NCBI GenBank assembly: GCA_030390025.1
Contig: CM059432.1
Coordinates: forward strand, 128,342,001-128,406,000
Source of the DNA: Squalus acanthias
Lineage: Eukaryota
Direction of reading: 5' to 3'
DNA: 64,000 nt
Shown: one piece after another, positions 11,058 through 24,235 of the stretch
How the letters are laid out: every line of letters begins with the position of its first letter
Numbering within the stretch: the stretch's first letter is position 1
Made by a program: the position numbers and the translations under genes
Notes under the pieces: generated by a model
Databases searched by the model: none
Told to the model about the DNA's origin: nothing
Seen by the model: only the letters and a program-made list of their open reading frames with translations

Positions 11058-13690
11058 TCACCCTCTGAGTGAAGAAATTTCTCCTCGTCTCAGTCCTAAA
11101 TGGCCGACCCCTTATTCTGAGACTGTGACCCCTGGTTTTAGACTCCCCAGCCAGGAGAAACATCCTCCTTGCTTCTACCCTGTCAAGCCCTGTAAGAATT
11201 TTGTATGTTTCAATGAGATCACATCTCATTCTTCTAAATTCTAGAGAATATAGGCCTAGTCTACTCAATCTCTCCTCATAGGACAATCCCCCCATCCCAG
11301 GAATCGGTCTGGTGAACCTTCGTTGCACTCCCTCTATGGCAAGTATATCCTTCCTTAGGTAAGGAGACTAAAACTGTACACACTACTCCAGGTGTGGTCT
11401 CACCGGGGCCCTATATAATTGCAGTAAGACATCTTTACTCTTATACTCAAATTCTCTTGTAATAAAGGCCAACATACTATTTGCTTTCCCAATTGCTTGC
11501 TGTACCTGGATGTTAACTTTCAGTGATTCGTGCACAAGGACACCCAGGTCCCACTGAACACCAACATTTTCCAATCTCTGACCATTTAAAAAATACTCTG
11601 CTTTACTATTTTTCCTACCAAAGTGGATATCTACACATTTCTCCACATTATATTCCATTTGCCATGTTCTTGCCCACTCACTTAGCTTGTCTATATCCCC
11701 TTGAAGCCTCTTTGCATCCTCCTTACAACTTACATTCCCACCCAGCTTTGTATCATCGGCAGACTTGGATATATTACATTTGGTCCCCTCATCCAAATCA
11801 TTGATTTAGATTGTGAATAGCTGAGGCCCAAGCACTGATCCTTGTGGTACCCCACTAGTTCCAGCTTGCCAACCCAAAAATTATCAGTTTATTCTTGCTC
11901 TTTGTTTTCTGTCCATTAACCAATCCTCAATCCATGCTAGTATATTACCCCCAATCCCATGAGCCCTAATTTTGTTTAAAAAACGTGTGGCACCTTAGCG
12001 AATCCGTGTTGACTCTGCCCAATCCTATTATTTTCTAAGTGCCCTGTTACCACATCCTTAATAATAGATTCTAGCATTTTCCCTACTACTGATGTCAGGC
12101 TAACTGGTCTATAGTTACCCATTTTCTCTCTCCCTCCCTCCTTTCTTAAATAGTGGGGTTACATTTGCTACCTTCCAATCTGTGGGAACCGTTCTAGAAT
12201 CTATGGAATTTTGGAAAATGACAACCAATGCATCCACTATCTCTATAGCCATCTCTTTCAAAACCCTAGGATGCAGGCCATCAGGTTCAGGGGATTTAAT
12301 CGGCTTTCAGTCCCATTAATTTCTCCAGTACTTTTTTTTTACTAATACTAATTTCTTTCAGTTCCTCGTTCTCGCTGGAGCCTTGGTTCTCCACTATTTC
12401 CGGGAAGTTTTTTGCGTCTTCTTCCATGACGACAGACACAAAGGGCTGGATTTTGAAGTTGGAGTCGTGTTGGGGTCGGGAATCACACATTCTGGCTTGT
12501 GAACCCGCCTCCATCGAGATGTGGACAACCCACTGTATTTTCCCTTGATTGACCTTGTTGAGCCCACCCAGTGGGCTCAGCAGGCCAATTAAGGGCCACC
12601 CGGCAACAGGTGACGTCATAGACTGACATTTCATCTGTCAAGAGCTTTTGACAGATGAAATATCAGCGTTTGACAGCTCTGTGAAGCTGTCAAACACTCA
12701 CAATATGATTTCTAACTTCAGTCCTTCCTTTCAGGCTGAGTTAGAAATCATTCCAGCACAGAAAACAGAAGGCTGCTGTTTTTGACAGGTCCACGGCTTT
12801 CCTGCTTTCTGTGCCGGTGAGATTTCTAACTCCCGAGAACTGAAGGGCTGACACCTGCAGGAGGAAGTTAAGGTAAGTAAAACTTTTTCCAACACTTAGC
12901 ACTTACCTTACACACTTACCTCTGCACACATGCACCCATCACTCACCTGCCCACCGGACATATCGACCCCTCCAACCCCTGCAGACCCACGGCCCGACCC
13001 GATAACTTGGAGTGTTTGCCACCTGTCGGGAAGCCCACACTTTTTTTAAAATAGGGATTATGCAAAAAACTGCCTGTTAACAGGCAGTTAATTGTCACTA
13101 ATCCCTTCCCGCCTCGGGGAGTCGGGTCTCAGACCAGGTCGGGTACCCGCCGCCAGAGAAACTGGCATGGAGGCGGGTCGGAGTCGGGATGGGGTCGGGA
13201 CCCCCGATTCTGCAACTTTAACCGCCCCCCCCCCCCCCGCCCGCCTCCAAACCCGACTCCACGGGTCATTGAAAATCCAACCCAAAGTATGTGTTTAATT
13301 TCACTGCCATTTGCTTATTCCCCATTATAATTTCTCCTGCCTCAGCCTGTAAGGGACCCACATTTACTTTAGCTAATTTTTTCTTTTTACATACCTATAG
13401 AAGCTTTTACAGTCTTTTTATGTCTCTCGCTAGTTTAATCATTCTATTTTCACTTTCTTTATCAATTTCTCAGTCCTCCTTTGCTGAATTCTAAAATCCT
13501 CCCAATCTTCAGGTTTACTACTCTTTTTGGCAACATTACAAGTCTCTTCCTTTGATCTAATACTACCTTTAACTTTTGTTAGCCACGGTTGGACCACTTT
13601 TCCTGTGGGGTTTTTGTGCCTTAAAGGAATGTATATTTGTTGTAAATTATGTATTAATTCTTTAAATGCTAGCCATTGCTTGTCTACCTT
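11058..13690 (-). mobile_element. CR1 LINE ORF2 segment, split by the MITE at 12443-13283
   Basis: Minus-strand ORFs 11038-11328 and 11383-11796 ([13 protein letters not shown]). The host reads contiguously across the MITE. Confidence 0.88.
12443..13283. mobile_element. Harbinger-type MITE with a 3-bp TSD (AAA) and an internal hairpin array
   Basis: TIRs GGGCTGGATTTT / AAAATCCAACCC with AAA on both flanks. Removing it restores the CR1 host (gacacaaagtat). Confidence 0.8.
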
Positions 13691-15320
13691 ATCTTTCAAG
13701 GCATATGTGGCCTCCTTATTCTTCCTACCAAAATGCACCACCTCACACTTATCTATATTGAAATTGATTTGCCAGTTACATGCCCTTTCTGCAAGTTTAT
13801 TAATGTCTTGTATTTTGCCGCAGTCTTCCTCAGTATTAACTATACCATCCGCAAATTTTGAAATTGTTCTTCCGATTCTCAAGTCCAAATTGTTTAGGTA
13901 AATAGTGAACAACAGTGGTCCCAGCACCGATCATTGTGAAACAGCACTTCCCACCTTTATTCAGTCTGATTAACTACCTTTAACCCCATCTTTATGCTTT
14001 TTTGTTTTGTAGCCAGCTTGCTATCCATTCTGCTACTTGTACCCTGGTTCCACATGCTCTGACCTAATCCCTCTAATTTTGCTTGGCGCCATGCGGGCCA
14101 TTCAAAATACCGTGCATGTGCAGTTTTTGTATTGCAAAGCCGGCTGCGTGGGTTCCCTAGAGCGCTGCGCAGGGAACATTGGTAATGAATCTACAATGCG
14201 GTTCCTTACCAAAGGCCTTTTGAAAAGCCAAATATATTACATCTACTAGATGACCTTTGTCTACTCTTTTACTCCAAAAAAAAATCAATAAGGTTGGTCA
14301 GGCATAACCTTCCCTTATGAAATCCATGTTGATTACTCTTTAGTATATTTTCTGCTCCTAGATGTTTTTCCTATTACATCTTTGAGTAAAGATTCCATTA
14401 TCGTTCCTACCTCTGACGTTAAGCTAACTATAGTTTCCTGGACTGGTTCTATCTCCCTTTTTAAATATAGGACTCACGTTAGCTGTCCGCCAGTCCTCTG
14501 GCACTACTCCGTTTTCTAATGAATTTTTATATAAATGTAATGGTGCCTCTGTTATCTCTTCCCTAACTCTTTTAATATGTGCATATGCATTCCATTCGGA
14601 CCAGAGGTTTATCCTCTCTATGTTTGATTAGTTTATCAATTATCTCCCCTCTTTCTATCTTAAAATGTTTTAATATATTTTTTCATCTCTTCTAATGTCA
14701 TGTCCACCCTGTTAGTCTCTGATAATTACTGATGCAAATAACTGTTCAATATTTCTGCCATTTCACTGTCATTACCTGTGAGTTTATCTCATGCATCCCT
14801 TAGTGGCCCTATCCCTATGCTGATTTTTCTTTATTTATTTATGTGTCTGTAGAATACTTTACTATTTGTTATATTCCTTGATAATTTAATTTTGTACTTC
14901 CTCTTTGCTTTCCTATAACTCCCTTGATTTGTTCTATCTCACTTTTTAATATAGGAATAATATTAGCTGTCTGCTTGTCCTCTGGCGCTATTCCCTTTTC
15001 TATTGTTAATAGTGCCTTTGCTATCTCTTCTCTGTTGGTCCACCCTGTTAATCTCCAAGGTAAGTATTGAGGTAAAGTAATTATTCAATATTTGTGCCAT
15101 TTCACTGCTATTACCTGTGAGTTTATCTTGTATATCTTTTAGTGGCCCTAACCCTGTCCTGATTTTCGTTTTGTTATTTATGTGTCTGTATAATACTTTA
15201 TTATTTCTTTTTATATTCCTTGATAACTTAATTTCGTAGTTCCCCTTTGCTTTCCTAATTTTTTTTGACTTCTTTCCTAACCTCTTTGTACTCCCTTTTG
15301 TTATCCTCTCCTTTACTGGG
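13690..15320 (-). mobile_element. Older CR1 ORF2 fragments, with a ~110-bp insert at ~14069-14181
   Basis: LGPLLFTIYLNNLD and WQINFNIDKCEVVHFG in ORF 13439-13927; further degenerate ORF2 sequence follows. Confidence 0.7.
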
Positions 15321-15351
15321 CAAGAGTGGAAACATACATTTGGGTTATAAT

Positions 15352-16099
15352 GGCCCAGAAATTGATCTCGCTCTGTTCCCGCGGGGGTAAGGAGCAGGTG
15401 CGATCTCTCACTCCGCGTTGGCTTTTTCAGATCCAGCTCGCACGAACTTGATGATCTAGACATCAGCTGGGCAGTGCTTGCGTATCCCACCAGTGTAGTG
15501 AATTCGTGCGAGCTGTGGGATCACGTGACTCAGTTAGAGCCAATGGCAGCACACCATCTTCCATTCATAAGTTTCACATACGTGCTGTGAAAGCTATGAA
15601 TCTTACACCCCCCCAAAATAACAGCTAAACCTCAATTAAATTTTTTTTAAAAACCATCACATTAATAAAATAAGTATAGTTAAATAAATTAACCATTTTA
15701 AATAAAAAATTAAATTTTTGAAAAAATTTAAAATCTTTTTAAAAAGTTATAAAAATAAGCTTACCTGTCTTTAAAGTCTCTAAAAAAAAGATATACCTGT
15801 TAAAAAAAATTCAAAATAATACTTAATTCACTACTTACCTTGTTAAAAGTGGGTCTTACTCCTCCTTTTTTCATTTCTAAAATCTTCCGTCCTTACCTGC
15901 GCGTCCAAAGCACTGAAGTGCACAGCGTGCGCGCAGCCTGTAGCGCGCACGCGGTGCACCGAGGAACCGCCCCCTTTTCCAAAGACCAAGTGCCGGTTTT
16001 CAGCGCATGCGCAGTGCATGCAGAAAACCGGCAATTGGAGAGAGAATACGCGAGAGTACGCAGTGCGTACTCTCGCGTAGCGGCATCAATTTTTGGCCC
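15352..16099. mobile_element. Harbinger-type MITE with a 3-bp TSD (AAT)
   Basis: 15-bp TIRs GGCCCAGAAATTGAT / ATCAATTTTTGGCCC (2 mismatches), AAT on both sides, CpG-rich ends and an AT-rich core. Confidence 0.8.
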
Positions 16100-16411
16100 A
16101 ATATCTTTAGGAGGGACAGAATCAGTATGGGAGGAGGATGTAGTGGTAGTTTGGTGAAAGAGGGAACATATGCTGTAGAGGGGCCTGGTGTACACAAAAA
16201 CAGAGGTTCAGACAACAACAACAATAAAACAACTTGCATTTATATAGCACCTTTAACGTAGTAAAATGTCCTAAAGCGCATCACAGGAGCGTTGTCAAAC
16301 AAAATTTGACACTGAGCCACATAAGGAGATATTAGGCCAGGTGACCAAATGCTTGGACAAAGAGGTAGGTGTTAAAGAGTGTCTTAAAGGAGGAGAGAGA
16401 CAGAGACCATA

Positions 16412-16847
16412 GGTGGCATAGTGGTTAGCACTGGTGCCTCACAGCGCCAGGGACCTGGGTTCGAATCTGGCCTCGGGTGACTGTCTGTGTGGAGTTTGCA
16501 CATTCTCCCCGTGTCTGCGTGGGTTTCCTCCGGGTGCTCCGGTTTCCTCCCACAGTCCAAAAATGTGTGGGTTAGGTTGATTTGGCTATGATAAATTGAC
16601 CCTTAGTGTTAGGGGGGGGGATTAAATATGTGGGGTTACGGGGATAGGATGGGATATGTTAGGGGGAATTAAATACGTGGGGTTACGGGGATAGGGTGGG
16701 ATATGTGTCGGTGCAGGCTCGATGGGGATTCTGTGTGAGAAAGCAGGGACAGGGTACTGGATTTGGATGATCAGCCATGATCGTATTGAATGGTGGAGCA
16801 GGCTCGACGGGCCGAATGGCCTACTCCTGCTCCTAGTTTCTATGTTT
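16412..16847 (+). mobile_element. HE1-like V-SINE (tRNA head, V domain, CR1-derived tail)
   Basis: A box TGGCATAGTGG, B box GGTTCGAATC, V domain ctgtgtggagtttgcacattctccccgtgtctgcgtgggtttcctccggg, then a CR1 3' tail. It follows an L2 3' fragment (~16214-16405, -). Confidence 0.9.
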
Positions 16848-16879
16848 ACTATATGGTTAGAGATCAAAGATTTAAAAAG

Positions 16880-18190
16880 GAATTGATACATTAGTGAAGC
16901 TGTACTACAGACCTCCCTATTTGTAGGAGGGAAATGGAAGAGAAAATGTGTAGGCAGATCAATGAGATGAGTAGGAGTAACAAAATTATTGTGTTCTCAA
17001 ATTTTAATTACACACTCATTGATTGGGACAGGGGCAGTAAATAGAATTGCTAAAATGGGTGCAGGACTCCTTCTTCAAGCAGTATGTTAGTATGCCTACT
17101 GGGGAGAGGCATTGCTAGATCTGGTTATGAGTAACAAAAAAGATCAGGTGGATGAGTTAATTGTGGTTGAGCAGCTCCGGAGTAATGAACAGAATATGAC
17201 CAGCTTTAAAGGTCCAAATAGAAAGAGGAAAAGTTAGTACAAAAATCGAGGGCATATCAGATTGGAAACGGACAGATTTTAGAAGGATGAGAAGTGAGCT
17301 AGCTGAGGTGAAGTGGAAATTGGCACGCAGTACTATAAATCAACAATGAGATTTTTTTTAAAGGAGATTGGAAATTGCAGAATATATAATATAAATATTT
17401 TAAAAAAGGAAACCACTTCAAGCCTCAGAATTCCATGGCTAAATAAAGAGCTTAGAAACAAGTTAAAGAGGAAGACATAGGGGGCCTACAGGTATAAAAA
17501 TAAGAGAGAATACAAGAAAATAAGAAAAGATTTTAAGGAAGGGAAAAGGAAAGCAAGGAAAGAATGAAGAGAGAATTTCAAAAATTAACAAAGAACAGTT
17601 AAGTATTCCACAAATATATCAGAAAAACGAGAATTGTTAAATGTGAGGTGGGACTCCTGACAGTGAATTAGTAGAGGATAAGTGAAAATTGGCAGGGATA
17701 CTTTTAAGTACTTCACTTCAGTGTTTACAAAGGAGAAGGATTTTAGAAGGAGGTAAATCCTAAATTGATTAAAAGCAAGATGAGATATTATAATAAATAA
17801 AAAGAAAGTATTGGAGATGTTATTTAAGCTAAAGGAGGACAAAATGCCAGGACCTAATAGGATACACTCAAGGATCCTGAGGGAAATGGGGCAAGAATTA
17901 ACACAGGCCCATGAAATTATATTTGAGGGTTCTGTTAATGATTGGATGTAAGCTGGAGGACTGGAAAGTGGCCGATGTGTAATAGTCATTTTCAAAAAGG
18001 GAGACAGAGCTAACCCGAGTAATTACAGGCCAGTTAGTTTAACTTCTGTGGAAGGGACCATTTTAGAATCTTTAATTAAAGATTAAATTATTAAGTATCT
18101 AGATGAAGAAAAATAATTAGAAGCAGCCAACATGAATTTCAGAAAGGAAGATCGTGCTTGACAAACCTAATAACCTTTGAGAAGGCCACA
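16880..18190 (+). mobile_element. Ancient CR1 ORF2 remnant
   Basis: Degenerate YRPP, LDLV, NYRPVSLTSV and GRSCLTNL motifs with many stops. Confidence 0.7.
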
Positions 18191-18881
18191 CTTAACTTTA
18201 TTTCTATGGAGAGCTTGCAGCCAGATATATCTCCCAAGCTGAAGGTGAGTATCATCCTTCTCTTATCATCTCTCGCCCTTGAAGCAGATAACATGGCAAT
18301 ATATTGTGTCATGGTGCATCTTTAAGTGCTCCTTTCTCAACAGGCAATAATGTTGCTGGCCTTTAATGCCCACGTTAAATGGAATTGCTTGTGAAACATG
18401 AAAAAAAGCGAGAGCTGCATCACAGTAGCCTCATTAACATGAAATATGAATGCCAAATGAGGCGCGCTCACATTCTGTGCAACAGCCAATACTGCTGTTG
18501 GAAACCAGAAGTGGATCATTGCACTAAATGAGCACACTGTACTAAATGAGCAGGATCATGTGGAATCCGGTAAGATCCCCTTTTCCAGATCCTGTCTGCA
18601 TAGTTGCCACTGGTGGAATCATTTCTGCAGAACGGAATACCTCTGCTTTTTGCAAGTACTCTTTCCTATTTTGTATTCAACTTTTTGTGCAGTCCCACAA
18701 TCTAGATAATCGGCCAAGTAGTATAAGATAGAAGATGAGGATAAACAGACAAGCCTCTGTCTGATGATTCGTAACTTTTGGAGTTCCACATAGCTCTGTT
18801 CTGGGTCCATTTTCATTTATACTGCTTATGAATTATGTGGAACTGCGTACTGTTATAACTGTTCTACTAATGTACTAACCC

Positions 18882-19110
18882 TTTGAGATCTTTGCACTCC
18901 TGCAATTCTGGCCTCTTGAGCATCCCCAATTTTAATCGCTCCACCATTGGCGGCCAGGCCTTCAGCTGCCTAGGCCCAAAGCTCTGGAATTCCCTCTCTA
19001 AACCTCTCCACCTCTCTACCTCTCGCTCCTCCTTTAAGATGCTCATTAAAACCTACCTCTTTCGCCAAGCTTTTGGTCATCTGCCCTAATATCTCCTTAT
19101 GTGGCTCGGT
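18882..19110 (+). mobile_element. L2 LINE 3' fragment
   Basis: GGQAFSCLGPKLWNSL...FK..IKTYLF.QAF. Confidence 0.75.
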
Positions 19111-19282
19111 GGTGGTGTTATGAGATTTGCTGATCACATCAAGCTATGTGTTCAGGTACCCAGCATAGGGTAGAACAGAAGTATTCAAAGAACTGGGACA
19201 AATTCAGTAAATGGTGCTGAGGAATGGCAAATAGAATTCAATGTGAGGTAATGAAGATGGTTCAGGAAACAAAGGTATACAA

Positions 19283-19710
19283 TGGATCGGGGGGGGGCTC
19301 AGCGGATTGCGGGGACGGAGGCCGATCACGGCAGGTAGCTTGGGGGCTGGGGGGGAAGCACTCCTGCTCCTCCTGACCCACAAGCAGTGCTCTAAAAAGA
19401 ACTTGCCTGTTTGATTCAGCAGTTCTTCTCGTCTCCCTTCAGCAGCCAGATTTTCTGAGCCCTGCGAAACCCAGCCCGTAGCTGTTAAATGTAAATGTCT
19501 GTTAAAATTTGAGGCTTGTGGCTTCATTAACATATTTAAATGACTGACCTGCCTCTCAGGAGCAGGTTACTCGCCTGACCCCCTAACCCGCCCTGGTTAG
19601 ACCAGAAGTAGGCACGTTCGCGGTGAGTTGGAGTTGGGTTTCACGTTTTTCAGAATTTAACCCCCCTCCAGCACCTCTCCCGCCCGTCCTGGGAGGTTAA
19701 AATTCCCCCC
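19283..19710. mobile_element. Partial MITE (right end only)
   Basis: Ends in AAAATTCCCCC after a subterminal block resembling 13190-13283. Confidence 0.5.
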
Positions 19711-20699
19711 AATGTAATACTGCCATTAACAAGGCAAATCTGATCCTTGGATGCATTTGATTACAAGTCTAAACAAATTACTTTAATACTTTATAACACA
19801 TTGGCAAGTGCATATTTGGAGTATGTTTCAAGTTTTAGTCACCCTATCTTCCAAAATACATAGATGGATTGGTTAGGATTCATAGACAAGTGAGTAATTC
19901 TGGGATTCAGTACAATACATCATAATGATAAACCAATAGAATACATTGGAGAAAGCAAGGTTGAGAGACACTACGTCTTTAAAATGTTGAAAATAATGGA
20001 TAATATTGATGTAAATACTTTTATTTTCATTTAAAATATGACTGCAAAACAGAAGGACTGGGATTGTGATTTCCAAATCCATTTATGGCACAAGCAGTTC
20101 CCAGAGTCCTGACTGAAGCACAGCACACATCGAGTCTATAAGGCTGCTAGAGGGCTGAGTCATCTGTGGGTGGGCAATTGTTTTTTTCCTCAATGTTAAC
20201 TTTTTGATTATTCACATTTATAAACATTTGCAACTTCCCAAAATGTCGTCTTCCCATCAACATCTGGTGGAACTGGGAAACACCCAGACTGAAGAGATGA
20301 GGGCTGCTGGGAAGATAAGCCAAAGCACTTATGTAATTTTTTTTACACCTCATATTAGCTCATTATTAATATTCCAGATTTGTTAGTTTAATAGCCCACA
20401 GTACCTGTGAAACAAAGATAAAATAAACGTTCTCAAAACAATTACGTTGTTTGTGTGAGGAGCAAGTGACTCATAACTGAAAATCTCAATCCTCCAAATT
20501 CTGCAACATTGACAGCTCTGTACTAATCTGCATTCCAGTCCTTTTCTCACCTTACCTAGCTGCATCCTAGTCACACACTGCTAATCTGCATTATGCTGTC
20601 GTTCTCAACCTCCCATTATGCTAGGAAAACTTGGTGATAGCATCAAAGGATGGGAACCTCAATGTCAAAGCCAGGCATTCAAGGTGACAGCACACCTTT

Positions 20700-21630
20700 A
20701 AAGGGGCACTGTCATTGTGTAAGCCGTCGTGCAAGACATTTTACTCGGTTTGTAATAAGAGCAATGTCCAATTACGTGACGCAATTCTGGAATTGTATCG
20801 TGTCTGCTGGTGAGAGGGAAAACAACGTTTATCAAAAGTGTAATTGCAGGTTAGAAAAGCGAGGAGGAAACAACATTGCAAAATGCTGTGCTGCAGCAGA
20901 TATAGTATTTGTCCAGTGTCTTCACACCCGTCATGGCGCAATTATTTTTTGAGCTTTCAGATGCTGTTACAGGAACTAAGACTCCCCCACACCCCCCGAA
21001 AAAAATTCCAATGCACTGACAACGCCCCTTGAAAAGGCAGTCTTCTGAAACAGCCCACTTTCGTCCCGGAGACGAACAGGACCTTATTCTACCACCATAC
21101 TCCCCAGTCGTGCAAGGAACTTCCCTTATTTTAAAACTTACATAGATTGATTTTCCAATTTATCAGGTCCTCAGAGTGGGAACCGGTCTGATGTCTGGTA
21201 ATGCAAGCTCGTTATTTCGCTAAATCATGTTCCCTTTTCTCACTCGTGGGAGAGAGCTACGTGATTGTGAAAGCTTGTCTAGATTAGCTCCTATGTTGAT
21301 CGGACAAGGTTTCATTTTTTTATCCACCTTTTCATCCAGAGAACAGTGAACACTTCTGTTTATCACGTAGGTCATGATTTTATACATGTAGGAACTGTAA
21401 GTATTAGAAACAAAACCTTCCCTTTTGGCAACTGATTCCATTTTTAGTCATTTTGTGACCTAGATGGTGTTACAAACCTGAGGCAAATGACGTACAATTG
21501 ACCAACCCGGAAGTAACAGTTCTTGCACTTTCAGCCTGAAACTGCCTTCACTTGAAGATTACTTCCCGTTTTAACAAACTGTACGCTATTTTCTCTCCTC
21601 CTCCTCCTCCTCCTCTCTACAAGGTACAGT
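20700..21630. promoter_or_regulatory. Probable promoter, possibly bidirectional
   Basis: Repeat-free, locally CpG-enriched stretch with TGACGTA (21488), ETS CCGGAAGT (21507-21514), a (CCT)n tract and a candidate first-exon donor AAG|GTACAG at 21624. Confidence 0.45.
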
Positions 21631-24235
21631 GCGATCGTTTTATTTTCCAATAATGAAAACAAGAAAATCGTACAGATTCATTTTTTTAGTGATTGTGCTT
21701 GTTAGAATGTGATGCTTGGTTGCATTCGATATGAGATGGAAATCCTCGCACCTGGAAAGGAAATTAAATTAGAATCGTGCTAAGGATTGTGAGGGAGACA
21801 GATTTTTCGAAACATTCGTGTAGTCTTCTAAGCAATGCAAGATATGACTTATCTAGCTTCGGTTGTTGCAAACGCTGATGCCGATATATTTCAGCATGGT
21901 CCTGATTTTTCAAATATATTTCTTTCTGGCTGATAGTAATTCGGATCTCAGTGAATGAGAAGCATTCATAGACTAAAGGTTGGAGGAGGATAGTGCAGCT
22001 GTAGAGGGTGACATTTCCTCTAGGTCCAAAAGCCCGCCTTGTAACCGCTATTCCTTCAATTTTTGTGTGCTTGTTCCTTTTTTCTGTAGTGTAGGCCTGC
22101 TTTGCAACATTTTGAAAAAATGTTGAATATCCAATATGTACAAGCTGTTAGTGCAATAACATTCTGTACAGTGTAAATAAGTTTTGGTGATATTTACTTT
22201 ACATTTTGTGTACATCAACCTTAATGTTTTTAAATGCTACACTGCATTGTTCATTTATTTTGGTAAGTGGAAGGTTTGCATTTTTAATCTATTTTCAGGG
22301 TTGGAGTAGAGTTAGATTTAGATGCAAGTATAAATCTGTAATACTTTTTATAGGCTTGCTTTTTTTACATTTATTCACTGATCACATGAACTGACGCATG
22401 GCGTTTGTGATCTATGGCAAAACTACATGCAATTCAGTTTTTCCTATTGTCTTTTATTGTCTTCTAAACAAAATGTGTCACCAATTTGACATTTTTATTT
22501 ATTCCTTTTAAATCTATGACACTGTCAAAACTGATGAGTACAAATCAGAAATATGCTTTTGATTGGGCACAAGATCAAACCTGCCTGAACCTGCGCATAG
22601 TCATATAGTGATTAAATTATCTTGGCTGGTTTATCAAGGAGGCAGCAAAGTGGCACTTTCCTGTGTAGAAGAGGGAAGGAAAGCATGAAAAATTAATGGA
22701 TGAGACACCCTAAATCGCACTTTTGAGACTTTACATGGCCAGTTCAAAAGTAATCTTTGTAGAGATCCCAGAGTAGGTCACCAGTCTGGTCTTGGGGATA
22801 ATACTAGGATATATAAATGAACATAATATTATAAACTAATAGATCTCCTGTGACATTGCTCATTGTAAGTCATGGGATGCAGTCAAACATGATGCCTGAA
22901 ATGGCTAAAGTGTGACAGGAAGTAAGTGTGACATTTACAGGAAGTGCACACCATATGCAAGACTTTAATATATTACCAGTTGATCTTCTGTGGCATTTTA
23001 CATGGCAAGTCGGAGAAATATGGTCACTCATTATGTCTTTGTGTTGCTGATTCTCTCTTTCTCCTCTCCTGCTTCAATCTCTCTCTTCTCTCCCTTTAAC
23101 GTTTTAATTCTTTTTTTTGAGTGGGAGGTAGGGGTTGGTTTGGCATTTGGGGTGGGGTTTCAGGGAAAATGTGGCCCTCAGTGATTCCTTTCTCAGCCCC
23201 TACCCCAATCACTTGTATTTCACCTGCCTTGATCCCATCACATTCCTTAACCCTTCACCTTCCTACTACCCATTCCTCTTCCTGCCATCCCCTGACTACC
23301 ACCACTAATCCTACATCTTCCTCTTTAAATGACCTATTGAACCCTTGTATGCTCCCCTTCCTCTTGCTCTACACTCACCTCACTCTTAACATTGCTTTAT
23401 AAAGACAGGAGCATTATACTATGCAACGCACAAGGTATTATTCTGCTGTTGAAAGGGAGCTGCATGTAAACTGACCTGCTGCTTTAAGGCCACAAGCATT
23501 AATTGCTATAAATAAGCAGGTGCTGAGATCAATTAGAGAATCATTATTTTTTTGTAGACATGTGAGTCTCAGCTGCTCACCACCACCAGAGGAAAAAATA
23601 GATCATTTGGCTATGGTAACTTATTATCTTTTCAATCCCAATTCCAAGCCCTTTCTCCAAATTCCTAAGTTGCCCTAATTTCTTAAGTAAGTATGTATCT
23701 CCCTTTTAAACATCTCATTTGATTCTGTATCTATAGTCTTCTGTGACATTGGATCCTACATTCTCACACCCCTTTGAGTAAAGATTTTTTTTTCTGGATT
23801 CATTTATAACTGGCTTCCCCTACTAGAGGGAAGATCATTTTCCTCTCTGCCTCAGCGGTTCACTTCATTATTTTAAACACCTTAATCAGATAACCTCCTC
23901 ATAGCTAGGAAATATAACCCAAGCTTACCTGATGTAGCTAAATCCCTTCAGCACACATCTCATCCTGGTGAATCATCACAGTTCTCCAAGGCCAGTATAT
24001 CCTTCCTAAAGTGGGCACCCAAAACTAAATACAGTATTCCAAATGAGGTCTGACTAGTGCAGTATTATTTTCTTGCTTATATATTCTATACCTCTTGTGA
24101 TGAACCTCAGTAGCCCATTTGCTTTTTGCACCTGTAAATTAACTTTTAAATGGTTTTGTTCACCCAAGCCATGACGCTCCCAATTAGACAGTATTACAAT
24201 CTGCCATTCTTGCATTGCATACTTCATACTTTGTT

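Noticed and set aside
16412..16480. tRNA gene (also ~29985-30050)
   Set aside because: The A and B boxes belong to SINE heads; no full cloverleaf or terminator is present.
18190..18745. Unique-looking segment between LINE remnants, possible pseudogene
   Set aside because: No recognisable motif in the frames I translated; needs a translated search.
22525..22562. Hammerhead-like TCAAAA-CTGATGA...GAAA...TTTTGA
   Set aside because: Stem II does not pair and there is no UH at the cleavage position. At best a dead relic.
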